A stretch of 64,000 bases of DNA from Schmidtea polychroa (lineage: Eukaryota): positions 25,360,001 through 25,424,000 of the forward strand of contig CM097885.1 in the NCBI GenBank assembly GCA_044892525.1. Direction: 5' to 3'. Below, piece by piece: positions 53,890-64,000 of the stretch. The position numbers and the translations under genes were made by a program. The notes under the pieces are model-generated. The model had not been told where the DNA came from, made no database searches, and saw nothing but the letters and a program-made list of their open reading frames with translations. The stretch's first letter is position 1; the number at the start of each line of letters is the position of its first letter.

Positions 53890-54847
53890 AGTAGGTAGTT
53901 AGGAGCGCCTTGGAACAATTACCCACGGGGGGGGGGGGTAAAATTGTTCCAACTTTTGATTACGCAATTGTTCCAACTCACTTATTTTTGCTTTCAGGGA
54001 ATTTTAGTACAGACTTTTTTTTATCAGACTAGAGTGAGGGGGGGGGGGGTCTCTATTGATCCAGGGATTTTCAATACAAATTTGAATTACCACTAAAAAA
54101 GCATGAAATTTTAGAAAAAAATTAAGGTGGGTCTCCATTGTCCTAGGATTTTCAATACAAAGAGGTGGTTTACACTAAAAAACAATGGTAATTTAAGGTC
54201 TCAGGATATTTTCAATACAAAAATCCGATTATCACTAAAAATGCATAAAATATTCAAAGTAAATTAAGGTGGGTCTTCTTGGTCCTGAGAATTTCAATAG
54301 TAAAAGGTGGTCTACGCTAAAAAAGCGTGGTAAATTTTTAAAATATGTCAAATTATGGGTCTAATAATTGAATTAAAGTAATCAATGGGCTGAAATAAGT
54401 TAATTAAGGTCCATATTTTTGAATTACATTAAATAATGGGTCTAACAATTGAATTAAAATAATCAATGGGTTCAAAAAAGTAAATAATGGTCCAAATTTT
54501 AAAATTAAAGTAAATCAAGGTCTAAAATTTTAAATTAAAGTAATGAATGGGCTCAAATAACTAAATTAAGGTTCTAAAAAATTAAAATTAAGTAAACAAT
54601 GGTCTAAAATTTTAAATTAAAGTTAAATAAGTAAATTAAAGTAATAATTTTTAAATAATTAAATTAAGGTAATGTAATAAGTAAATTAAAGTAAGATTTT
54701 AAAAATTTATTAACAAAAAGTTGAAATAATAGTCAGTAATTGAAAATTGAAATTTTTTAATGAAAACTTTTATGAAATAATTTTTAAAGAAAATTTTAAT
54801 GGATTAATTTTTTAAGTCAACTTTTAATGAAATTTTTTAATGAAATT
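53890..54847 (+). mobile_element. Element D: Polinton-like terminus and subterminal repeats, interrupted by element E
   Basis: AGTAGGTAGTTAGGAGCG plus G-run, GGATTTTCAATACAAA repeats and AAGTAAATTA.GGT repeats as in B, C and E. Confidence 0.85.
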
Positions 54848-55950
54848 AGTAGGTAGTTAGTAGCTTACGGCAGCAATAGGGGGGGGGGGTAAAAATGTTG
54901 CAAACTTTTGATTGCATAACTTTTTCCGTAGACATTTTTTGATTACATAATTGTTGCCGTAATGCCCAATGTTTTCTGGGATTTTAAATACAAAATTTTT
55001 TTTTTTTTTTTTTTTTTTTTTCAATAAACAAGCCAAGGATAAATATTATTTGGGTGGGTCTCCTTGGTCCTGAGAATTTCAATAGAAAAAGGTAGTCTTC
55101 AATAAAAAAGCATGGATTTTTCACACTATAGTGAGGGGATCTTCTTGGTCATGAGAATTTCAATAGAAAAGGTGGTTTACATTAAAAAACGCATAGTAAA
55201 TTTTTAAAATAAAGTAAATTATGGGTCTAAAATTTAAAAATAAAGTAAATGATGGGTCTAAAAATTTAAGTAAATCAAGGTTCAGATTTATTTTTGAAAT
55301 AAAGTAAATTATGGTCTAAATAAGTAAATTATGGGCTAAGATTTTTCAATTAAAGTAAATAATGGTTCTAAAAAATTAAATTACAGTAAATTATGGTCAA
55401 AATTTTTGAATTACAGTCCAAAAATTTAAATTAAAGTAAATTATGATCCAAATTTTTAAATTAAAGTAAATAATGGTTCTAAAAAATTAAATTAAAGTAA
55501 ATAATGGTCCAAATATTTTAAATTACAGTAAATAATGGTTCTAAAAATTAAATTACAGTAAATAATGGTCAAAAATTTTAAAATTAAAGTAAATTATGGT
55601 TCTAAAAATTAAATTACAGTAAATAATGGTCAAAAATTTTAAAATCAAAGTAAATTATGGTTCTAAAAATTAAATTAAAGTTAATTAAGGTCAAAAATTT
55701 TAAAATTAAAGTAATAATTTTTAAATAAGTAAATTAAAGTAATGTAATAAGTAAATTAAAGTAAGATTTTTAAATTTATTAACAAAAATAGAAGGTGTTT
55801 GAGAATTGAAATTTTTTAATGGAAATTTAAATGAATTATTTTTTAAGTAATTTTTAATAGAAATTTTTATGAATAATTTTCAATGGTAATTTTTAATGGA
55901 AATTTTAATAGAATAATTTTTAAGATAATTTTTAATGAAAATTTTTATGA

Positions 55951-55994
<44 letters not shown>

Positions 55995-56132
55995 TAATAT
56001 TAATAATATATCAACCAAATACTATACAACACATAAAAAATTAACTAAACACATAAAAATAACTAGACACATAACAAAACATAAAAATTTACCAAATAAC
56101 AAATGTAAAGATATAAAATTTATTCAATAAAA

Positions 56133-59027
56133 TTAGTCCTCATCGGACAAAATAACGTCATCGATATCGATGTCATCTTCTCCAAAATCTTCATTTAATT
56201 CTTCCTCATCTTCTCCATCATTTTCTCCAACATTTTCTGAAACATTTTCTGCAACAATTTCTCCAACATTTTCTCCAATATTTAATTCACTTAATCTTAC
56301 ATGCCCATATGCAAGACTAGTATTTTTCCCCACCCAAACCCTTTTGTCATCTTTGTTAGTTAGTGCTATTTTTGTGTTTTTAATTGTAAAAATTTGATGA
56401 TTTTTGCTTGTTATTTTAGTCTGAGGAACCGAAAAAATCTGGTTAGTGTTATAACAATCCAGGTATGACTGATGTTTTATGTCACTACCTTTCAATGTTA
56501 CACCTTTAGCCTTTTTTGTTTCCTCATCACTCAACAAGCTATAACATTTAGGTCTAAGAAAAACCCACTCCTTATATTTAAGACCTTTATTCTCGTCTTT
56601 GAACTTTCCAATGACTGAATCAAGGTTCTTACTATATAAGGAATGACAACTATTGTAATTGGAAGTATCCAATAAATTATCTCGAACCATTGCAGGTAAA
56701 AGAACCTCAAGTTTGCAGTTAATGACTTCGAGGAAAAAAGAATCTGTATCACCTGCAACGATATTAATTTTACAATTAAACTCATTGCGAAATGATTCCA
56801 GATCCTTATATTGCAATTCATACATTCTAAGTTTAGATAGATCAAGTACAGATTGACCAATGTAACTCGGTCTATCTAAACATATAGAATCTGAATTCAA
56901 TAGTGCTGCAATTAAATTATCTGCTATTTTAATAGATTTTTTAAAAGTTGGTTTTGACGAATATTTAACTAATTTACCGGCAGTTGTACAAAGACGAAGA
57001 TTCATTCTTCTCTTTAAGTTTTCAACTGTTTTGCCGTATAAACTATTATTTAGCAATTTATAATAATTTTTATCTAAGCTATTTACGCTTTTTGATCTTA
57101 ATTCAGTATTTGTATCTATATATTTTTTAAAAATTGGTGATTGCTTAAATCTTACACCCCTATTTACACGTGTTACTTTAACACCAAGTTCCAAATATAA
57201 TTTTAATAATCTCCAATGAATAACATAATTAGATTTTGGAAGATGAGTTAATAATAATTTTTCAACCTTAGACCCAGCAGGTTTCATTTTTTCAGCAGCT
57301 ACAGGGAAATCATCCAACTTATCATGAAGCTCAGAAGGAATTACAAGATCAACTTCAAGTGTGTATCCATAAGACAAAGATTCAAGATTTAAATTCCTAC
57401 ATTCATCCATTATTTTATCAAATCCATCAAGAACCCAACAAAATTCGCCACAAGGTAATGATTGACTTAAAGCCCAGCCATAAAGATTATTAATATCTAT
57501 ATATAGTAACTCAGTGTTCTCGTCGGTTTTTACGTAATGCTTATTCACAAAAGTAAGACCGCCTCTTATTCCACCCTCATAAAAGCTAAACATTTCGTTT
57601 TCAGTTATGAGTTCAATTGGTTCATTTAAAGACATTAATGCAGAAGACCAAGACATGCCTGGAATTCCGAAATAATTCAATGGTTCCAATCTATTGTGAG
57701 CAATGGATTTCAACCGAAACTGATGAAAGAAATCAGCCAAAAGAAAACAATCAAGTTTTAGGTAGATCATCATATAATCTAATAAAGTTACGCAATTAGT
57801 TTCTACCCAAATCTCCTGAGCTTTTTCATACTCAAGCTCAGTGACACCCTCCCAGATTGGTGGTAATTCATAAGTAGTTTGGAGAATATCTAAAGAAGTG
57901 GCGAAATTATAAGGGAAGATTCCTTTTTCACTTACTATGGTGCCAGAAAAAGCAGAATTAGTAAAAGGCAAAGAATTCAAAGTTTTGACTGCTTTAGCCA
58001 AAGAATCATTGACAAATTGATACGAATCAATGAATCTTAGGCTAATTTTACCTAAATGAGCAATCAAAGATATAAATTTTTCCGTAGTTATTGGGATGCA
58101 CCCTAAATTCCAATTTTTAAATTTATTTAATCCATATTTAAGTATATGGTGCATATCGTATCCCTTCAAGTTGTGAAATACGATAGGCAAAATTTTATTT
58201 ATTTTCCTATTTACGTTACATGTGCTACAAGCTGCACCCAAGTATTTCCCCGTAAAATGATCGTGATCTCTAACAGGATCGACGATAGATTTCAAACAAA
58301 GATAACAAACCGTTGAATTAATGAATTGTTGTTGCTCAATTTTTGTTAATTTCATCATAGGTTTCCTACCCATTTTATAATAAAAAGGAAGAACCTTATT
58401 TAATGCTATATCCTCTATAGCACTTAAAAAACTCTCGACGCAATCTAAACCTATGAACTGCTGATAAGATTTAGATCCGTCAAAGTTATTTACAAGTAAA
58501 AGACCAGCAGATATTGGCATGTGTCGTTGGAAATGATCATTATCAGAAGGTAAAATAGCCTCAAAATCTGCATAAACTACAAAAGGAGGAGTTACTGTTT
58601 TCGACCAGTCAGTAAACTGTAATAATTTATTTTGAGGGAAGGTGTAAAGAGTTGTTCCTAATTGATTACGTTTACATAATATTTCATGTTTTTCTAGTGC
58701 GTGTTTATTATTAAACCCATTCAAACACCGATGGCACCATAATGAACGTATGCGTGTAGGACAACTAGTGTTGATATGACAATTCATTAACTTATTTAAA
58801 TTACTTATAGCAACGTAATGGAAATTGTTTCCTTTATTTAATAATAGTAAATTAATTACAGTTCCATTTAAAACTTTGGAACGATGTATAATATCTAAAT
58901 GTGGGTGTTTTAAAACGTAATTATCTATTAATTGTTTGTTATTGTCATAAGAAAAAACGTTAATTATTAAGCCTGGATTTTTGGCCTCGAATTTTCTAAT
59001 ATCTTTTAATTTCATGGGTAAGTCCAA
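56133..59027 (-). CDS. polB: Protein-primed family B DNA polymerase with zinc finger and inserted endonuclease-VII-like module
   Basis: 964-aa ORF: CHRC..H..C finger, VVYADFE (ExoI), CYLC..DHDH..ACSTCN (EndoVII-like), FHNLKGYD, YIDINNLYG, KLLNNSLYGK, AGDTDS, acidic tail. The frame stays open up to ~59170. Confidence 0.95.
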   Translation of the reverse strand: MDLPMKLKDIRKFEAKNPGLIINVFSYDNNKQLIDNYVLKHPHLDIIHRSKVLNGTVINLLLLNKGNNFHYVAISNLNKLMNCHINTSCPTRIRSLWCHRCLNGFNNKHALEKHEILCKRNQLGTTLYTFPQNKLLQFTDWSKTVTPPFVVYADFEAILPSDNDHFQRHMPISAGLLLVNNFDGSKSYQQFIGLDCVESFLSAIEDIALNKVLPFYYKMGRKPMMKLTKIEQQQFINSTVCYLCLKSIVDPVRDHDHFTGKYLGAACSTCNVNRKINKILPIVFHNLKGYDMHHILKYGLNKFKNWNLGCIPITTEKFISLIAHLGKISLRFIDSYQFVNDSLAKAVKTLNSLPFTNSAFSGTIVSEKGIFPYNFATSLDILQTTYELPPIWEGVTELEYEKAQEIWVETNCVTLLDYMMIYLKLDCFLLADFFHQFRLKSIAHNRLEPLNYFGIPGMSWSSALMSLNEPIELITENEMFSFYEGGIRGGLTFVNKHYVKTDENTELLYIDINNLYGWALSQSLPCGEFCWVLDGFDKIMDECRNLNLESLSYGYTLEVDLVIPSELHDKLDDFPVAAEKMKPAGSKVEKLLLTHLPKSNYVIHWRLLKLYLELGVKVTRVNRGVRFKQSPIFKKYIDTNTELRSKSVNSLDKNYYKLLNNSLYGKTVENLKRRMNLRLCTTAGKLVKYSSKPTFKKSIKIADNLIAALLNSDSICLDRPSYIGQSVLDLSKLRMYELQYKDLESFRNEFNCKINIVAGDTDSFFLEVINCKLEVLLPAMVRDNLLDTSNYNSCHSLYSKNLDSVIGKFKDENKGLKYKEWVFLRPKCYSLLSDEETKKAKGVTLKGSDIKHQSYLDCYNTNQIFSVPQTKITSKNHQIFTIKNTKIALTNKDDKRVWVGKNTSLAYGHVRLSELNIGENVGEIVAENVSENVGENDGEDEEELNEDFGEDDIDIDDVILSDED

Positions 59028-59158
59028 TGGATTATATATTAATTCAGATAAATTATAACTGGATGTCCTATTTCTAGCATAACTACTAACCTCATCATAT
59101 TTTAAAATAGCTAAAATGCTATATAAAAAACATGAATCATCGGTGTTTTTTATATTAA

Positions 59159-59905
59159 TTAAACAATACTTAATCTACTTAGCCTACTTATTTTTGTTAT
59201 GGTGAAATGTATTTCAGTGATATTTTTTATATTCCAACTGCTTCCTAACTCAGTAATATTAGTAATTTTCTCATTTAATTCCTTAATGCCTTCATCAAAA
59301 AATGATGCAGTTAAAGGCTTTGCATAATTTGAGATATTATTAACCTTTATTTCCCTGTCTTTTTCAAATTCGATTGTTATTCCGAATTGAATTTTGACGG
59401 AGCCTAATTCGTTAATAATATCTCGTAATTTTTTTATTAGTTGTTCAGGAAATATTATTTCTTTTATATTTAAGTCGCTTGTATTTAAGCTTAATATTTG
59501 ATGGGTACCTCTTAGATCTTTTTGTATTATTGGAACATTTCCACCTATTTGTATTATATTTAATCCATCCCAAGAGTCAAGGGAAATATTATCTAATCCA
59601 ACCTGGGATTCAACAACCAATCCATCATGGGATTCGACAACCAATCCATCATTGGATTCCACAAAAGGCAATCCGACCTGGGATTCAAAAGAAGAAGTAT
59701 CTAATTTAATTTTTTTATTTTTATTATTTTTTTCTATAGTTGAGGGTCTTTTAAAAACACTATCTTTTTTAAAATTAAACCTATCTAAATGATTTTTATG
59801 TTTATTATAAAAAACGCTATATGTTACGGGGTCACTAGTCTTACATACGGGACATATAAAATAAGTTTTATTATAATATCTTTTTCGTATAATAATTCTC
59901 CATTA
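59159..59905 (-). pseudogene. N-terminal (terminal-protein-side) part of polB, disconnected by a deletion
   Basis: Open frame with CPVC..HKNH finger, VES.DGLV repeats, IQIGG and ITELGSSW..EIHFTITKISRLSRL. The last part is continuous with polB in element B (48449-49216). Confidence 0.75.
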
Positions 59906-60940
59906 TAGAATGGCAATTATTATCATGTTCTTTCGATGAACAATAATTTGGGTAAAGTATACCTATAAAATAAAAATTTAATAAAAAAAATATAATTTAA
60001 ATGAAATATTTTAGTAAATGTTTACGCAAAAATTTGCAAATTATTATTATTTTACAAATTTTATTTACTAAAAAATAAAAATTTACTAAATTAAAAATAT
60101 TAACATTTACTTAAATAAAAAATTATATTAAATTTCCTTTAAATTATAAAAAGTAATCAATACTTACATTGTAAATTTTCATTTCGATTTATTGACACAT
60201 TGACATAATTTTTTTTCTTTATTCGTATTACCTAAATTATTAATTAATTAAATCAATAAATTAAAAATTATGTTTACTTTTTCTTTTCAAATTTCCTTTA
60301 ATCTTAGATTTTAAATTGTCTTCATTAATATTATCTAAATTAATTAATAAATTAATTAATAAATAAATTAAAATTTACCAAATTTCTGAATTTTTTCTCG
60401 GACATTCATAACGTTTTCTATTAAAGAATTCATTTTTAAAGGTTAACTATTTGTTAAATGTGACTAATGATTGATTATTGTTTATAGATTATTATTGTTT
60501 ATAGATTATTATTGTTCATAGGAACAAATTCTAACCAATCAAAATCAAGGAAGGGTAGGAAAAATTAATTTATTTTAAAACACATTTTGACGCTAAAGTT
60601 GACTTATTTAACATTTTCATAATAATTTAATAAAAATAATGTGATGAACACACAAAGTAATATCATTTTTCATCAAATTGCAAAACAGTAATAACGTTTT
60701 CATAAAATTGTAACAAAGTAATAACATATTTCAGATAAATTTTCAACAGTTGTAAAATATTTATCAAATTGTAACTAAAATAATAAAAATATTGCAACAA
60801 AGTAATAAAATAATAATGGTAATTAAGACAAATCAATACATTATTTCGAAGACGGACAACAAATTAAAAAGAATATTGTAACTAAAATAATAAAAATATT
60901 GCAACAAAGTAATAAAATAATACAACATTTTAAACTCTAG

Positions 60941-61345
60941 ATCAATCCATTTTATAGAAAATTAAATTTTATCTATATAATATATGAATAAATATCCAAG
61001 GAAATTACGTTAACGTATAATAAATACAAATTTATCGTAAAAACATGTGTGTATTACACACAAAACAAGATACATAATTTCTAATCAATCCATTTTATAG
61101 AAAATTAAATTTTATCTATATATTATATGAATAAAATCCTAAGAAAATTACGTTAACTGTATGAAAAATACAAATTTATCATAAAAACATGTGTGTATTA
61201 CACACAACATACGAGACATAATTTTTAATCAAGCTATTTTATAGAAAATTAAATTTTATCTATATAATATATGAATAAAAATCCAAGAAAATTACGTTAA
61301 CCGCGCGAAAAACTACAAATTTATTGTAAAAACATGTGTGCATTA
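60941..61345. repeat. ~143-bp tandem repeat x3 (mirrored at about 62660-63065)
   Basis: Units start at 60941, 61084 and 61228; each contains the hairpin-like TGTGTG.ATTACACAC and TACGTTAAC. Confidence 0.85.
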
Positions 61346-61472
61346 CACACAAAGCATCAAACTGAAATTGTAATTGCGCCATGTTGTAGAGAATTAAATT
61401 CTGCCTATACATTGTTACACTTAAATCTCGATCAGACATGTGAAAAGAGACATAAAAGAGAAAGAACAGTAG

Positions 61473-62533
61473 AGTAGTATGATTGGAGCTCCCCAGACCA
61501 GGAGCTCCCCGCGCCACATATACCCCCTCCCCCCCCCCCCGGGGAAAAATTTTTTTTTTTTAAAATAAAAGGTCAAGGTCATTTTTTAATTTAATTTTTT
61601 GTTTTAATTAAGTGATCATTTAATTTTTCAAGGTCATATTTTAAAATTTAAATGTACAGAGTTCCCGCCGACAAATATTATTAAACGATACCTCATTTTA
61701 AAGCTCGGTCTAAGACCTTTCGATTGATCCATAGAAGGTATCATCATCATTAATATTAACAAAGTTATTAACATTTAACCAAAAATCATTTTCAAGGTCA
61801 TATAATTATTAGTGGTCCAGCGGTGACCTGGTTTTCGTTTGCCCCAAAGTTATCGTTCCCATTATCCGAATTTATTATTTGATAGCTTATTTTGAAGCTT
61901 AGTGCAAGATCTATCTACTGATGTATAAATATTATCATCATCATTATTATTGGCAAAATTATTAACGTTTTCCCGAGACCATTTTCAAGGTCATTTATTT
62001 TTCAAAATATTATTATTTCCAAGGTCATTTATTTTTTCAAGGTCGCGTGACTCATCAAGGTCATTCCCAAGGTCATTTTTTTTTAGGTCATTTTTTAATT
62101 TAATTTTTTGTTTTAATTAAGTGATCATTTAATTTTTCAAGGTCATATTTTAAAATTTAAATGTACAGAGTTCCCGCCAACAAATATTATTAAACGATAC
62201 CTCATTTTAAAGCTCGGTCTAAGACCTTTCGATTGATCCATGGAAGGTATCATCATCATTAATATTAACAAAGTTATTAACATTTAACCAAAAATCATTT
62301 TCAAGGTCATATAATTATTAGTGGTCCAGCGGTGACCTGGTTTTCGTTTGCCCCAAAGTTATCGTTCCCATTATCCGAATTTATTATTGGATAGCTTATT
62401 TTGAAGCTTAGTGCAAGATCTATCTACTAATGTATAAATATTATTATTAACATTATTTTACACACGGGGGGGGGGGGAGAGGGTATATGTGGCCTGGCGG
62501 TGACCTGGTCTGGATGGCCCCAATCATACTACT
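61473..62533. mobile_element. ~1.06-kb AGTAGT-ended cassette at the axis of palindrome E
   Basis: Imperfect ~70-bp inverted ends (AGTAGTATGATTGG..CCAGACCAGG..GCCACATATACCC..C-run); internal direct repeat of period 509 (61577-61950 / 62086-62455); many CAAGGTCA motifs. Confidence 0.65.
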
Positions 62534-64000
62534 CTACTGTTCTTTCTCTTTTATGTCTCTTTTCACATGTCTGATCGAGATTTAAGTGTAACAATGTATA
62601 GGCAGAATTTAATTCTCTACAACATGGCGCAATTACAATTTCAGTTTGATGCTTTGTGTGTAATGCACACATGTTTTTACAATAAATTTGTAGTTTTTCG
62701 CGCGGTTAACGTAATTTTCTTGGATTTTTATTCATATATTATATAGATAAAATTTAATTTTCTATAAAATAGCTTGATTAAAAATTATGTCTCGTATGTT
62801 GTGTGTAATACACACATGTTTTTATGATAAATTTGTATTTTTCATACAGTTAACGTAATTTTCTTAGGATTTTATTCATATAATATATAGATAAAATTTA
62901 ATTTTCTATAAAATGGATTGATTAGAAATTATGTATCTTGTTTTGTGTGTAATACACACATGTTTTTACGATAAATTTGTATTTATTATACGTTAACGTA
63001 ATTTCCTTGGATATTTATTCATATATTATATAGATAAAATTTAATTTTCTATAAAATGGATTGATCTAGAGTTTAAAATGTTGTATTATTTTATTACTTT
63101 GTTGCAATATTTTTATTATTTTAGTTACAATATTCTTTTTAATTTGTTGTCCGTCTTCGAAATAATGTATTGATTTGTCTTAATTACCATTATTATTTTA
63201 TTACTTTGTTGCAATATTTTTATTATTTTAGTTACAATTTGATAAATATTTTACAACTGTTGAAAATTTATCTGAAATATGTTATTACTTTGTTACAATT
63301 TTATGAAAACGTTATTACTGTTTTGCAATTTGATGAAAAATGATATTACTTTGTGTGTTCATCACATTATTTTTATTAAATTATTATGAAAATGTTAAAT
63401 AAGTCAACTTTAGCGTCAAAATGTGTTTTAAAATAAATTAATTTTTCCTACCCTTCCTTGATTTTGATTGGTTAGAATTTGTTCCTATGAACAATAATAA
63501 TCTATAAACAATAATAATCTATAAACAATAATCAATCATTAGTCACATTTAACAAATAGTTAACCTTTAAAAATGAATTCTTTAATAGAAAACGTTATGA
63601 ATGTCCGAGAAAAAATTCAGAAATTTGGTAAATTTTAATTTATTTATTAATTAATTTATTAATTAATTTAGATAATATTAATGAAGACAATTTAAAATCT
63701 AAGATTAAAGGAAATTTGAAAAGAAAAAGTAAACATAATTTTTAATTTATTGATTTAATTAATTAATAATTTAGGTAATACGAATAAAGAAAAAAAATTA
63801 TGTCAATGTGTCAATAAATCGAAATGAAAATTTACAATGTAAGTATTGATTACTTTTTATAATTTAAAGGAAATTTAATATAATTTTTTATTTAAGTAAA
63901 TGTTAATATTTTTAATTTAGTAAATTTTTATTTTTTAGTAAATAAAATTTGTAAAATAATAATAATTTGCAAATTTTTGCGTAAACATTTACTAAAATAT

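Larger units (their letters stand above)
54848..64000 (-). mobile_element. Element E: PolB-encoding Polinton derivative folding back around 62003 (runs off the window)
   Basis: Terminus nearly identical to C for ~290 bp; polB; 60006-61486 is the reverse complement of 62520-64000. Confidence 0.88.

Overview
Very AT-rich eukaryotic genomic DNA with many (TAA)n microsatellites and 41-46 nt introns, most consistent with an invertebrate such as a planarian flatworm (inference). Two host genes are clear: an LRR-Ig transmembrane receptor (16803-18353) and an actin (51803-52933), both with uninterrupted ORFs. Most of the rest is mobile DNA. There is a DD39D (Stowaway-ended) mariner and a TGT..ACA MITE with an apparent 15-bp TSD. 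A four-level nest follows: Polinton/Maverick A (ATPase, intron-containing integrase) > PolB element B > Gypsy LTR retrotransposon (ENGase fragment in the LTR, ubiquitin-like domain fused to Gag) > element C. The most striking observation is a family of Polinton-derived giant palindromes. Element C (30702-44921) is a 14.2-kb non-coding inverted duplication with AGTAGGTAG ends and a perfect 6-bp TSD. Element E (from 54848) shares C's first ~290 bp, shows only PolB as a recognisable gene, and folds back around position 62003. Both are centred on a small AGTAG-ended cassette whose flanks are inverted rather than directly repeated. This suggests fold-back (panhandle-primed) formation and a helper/satellite, possibly segmented, Polinton system. 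All alignments were done by eye and no database searches were run.
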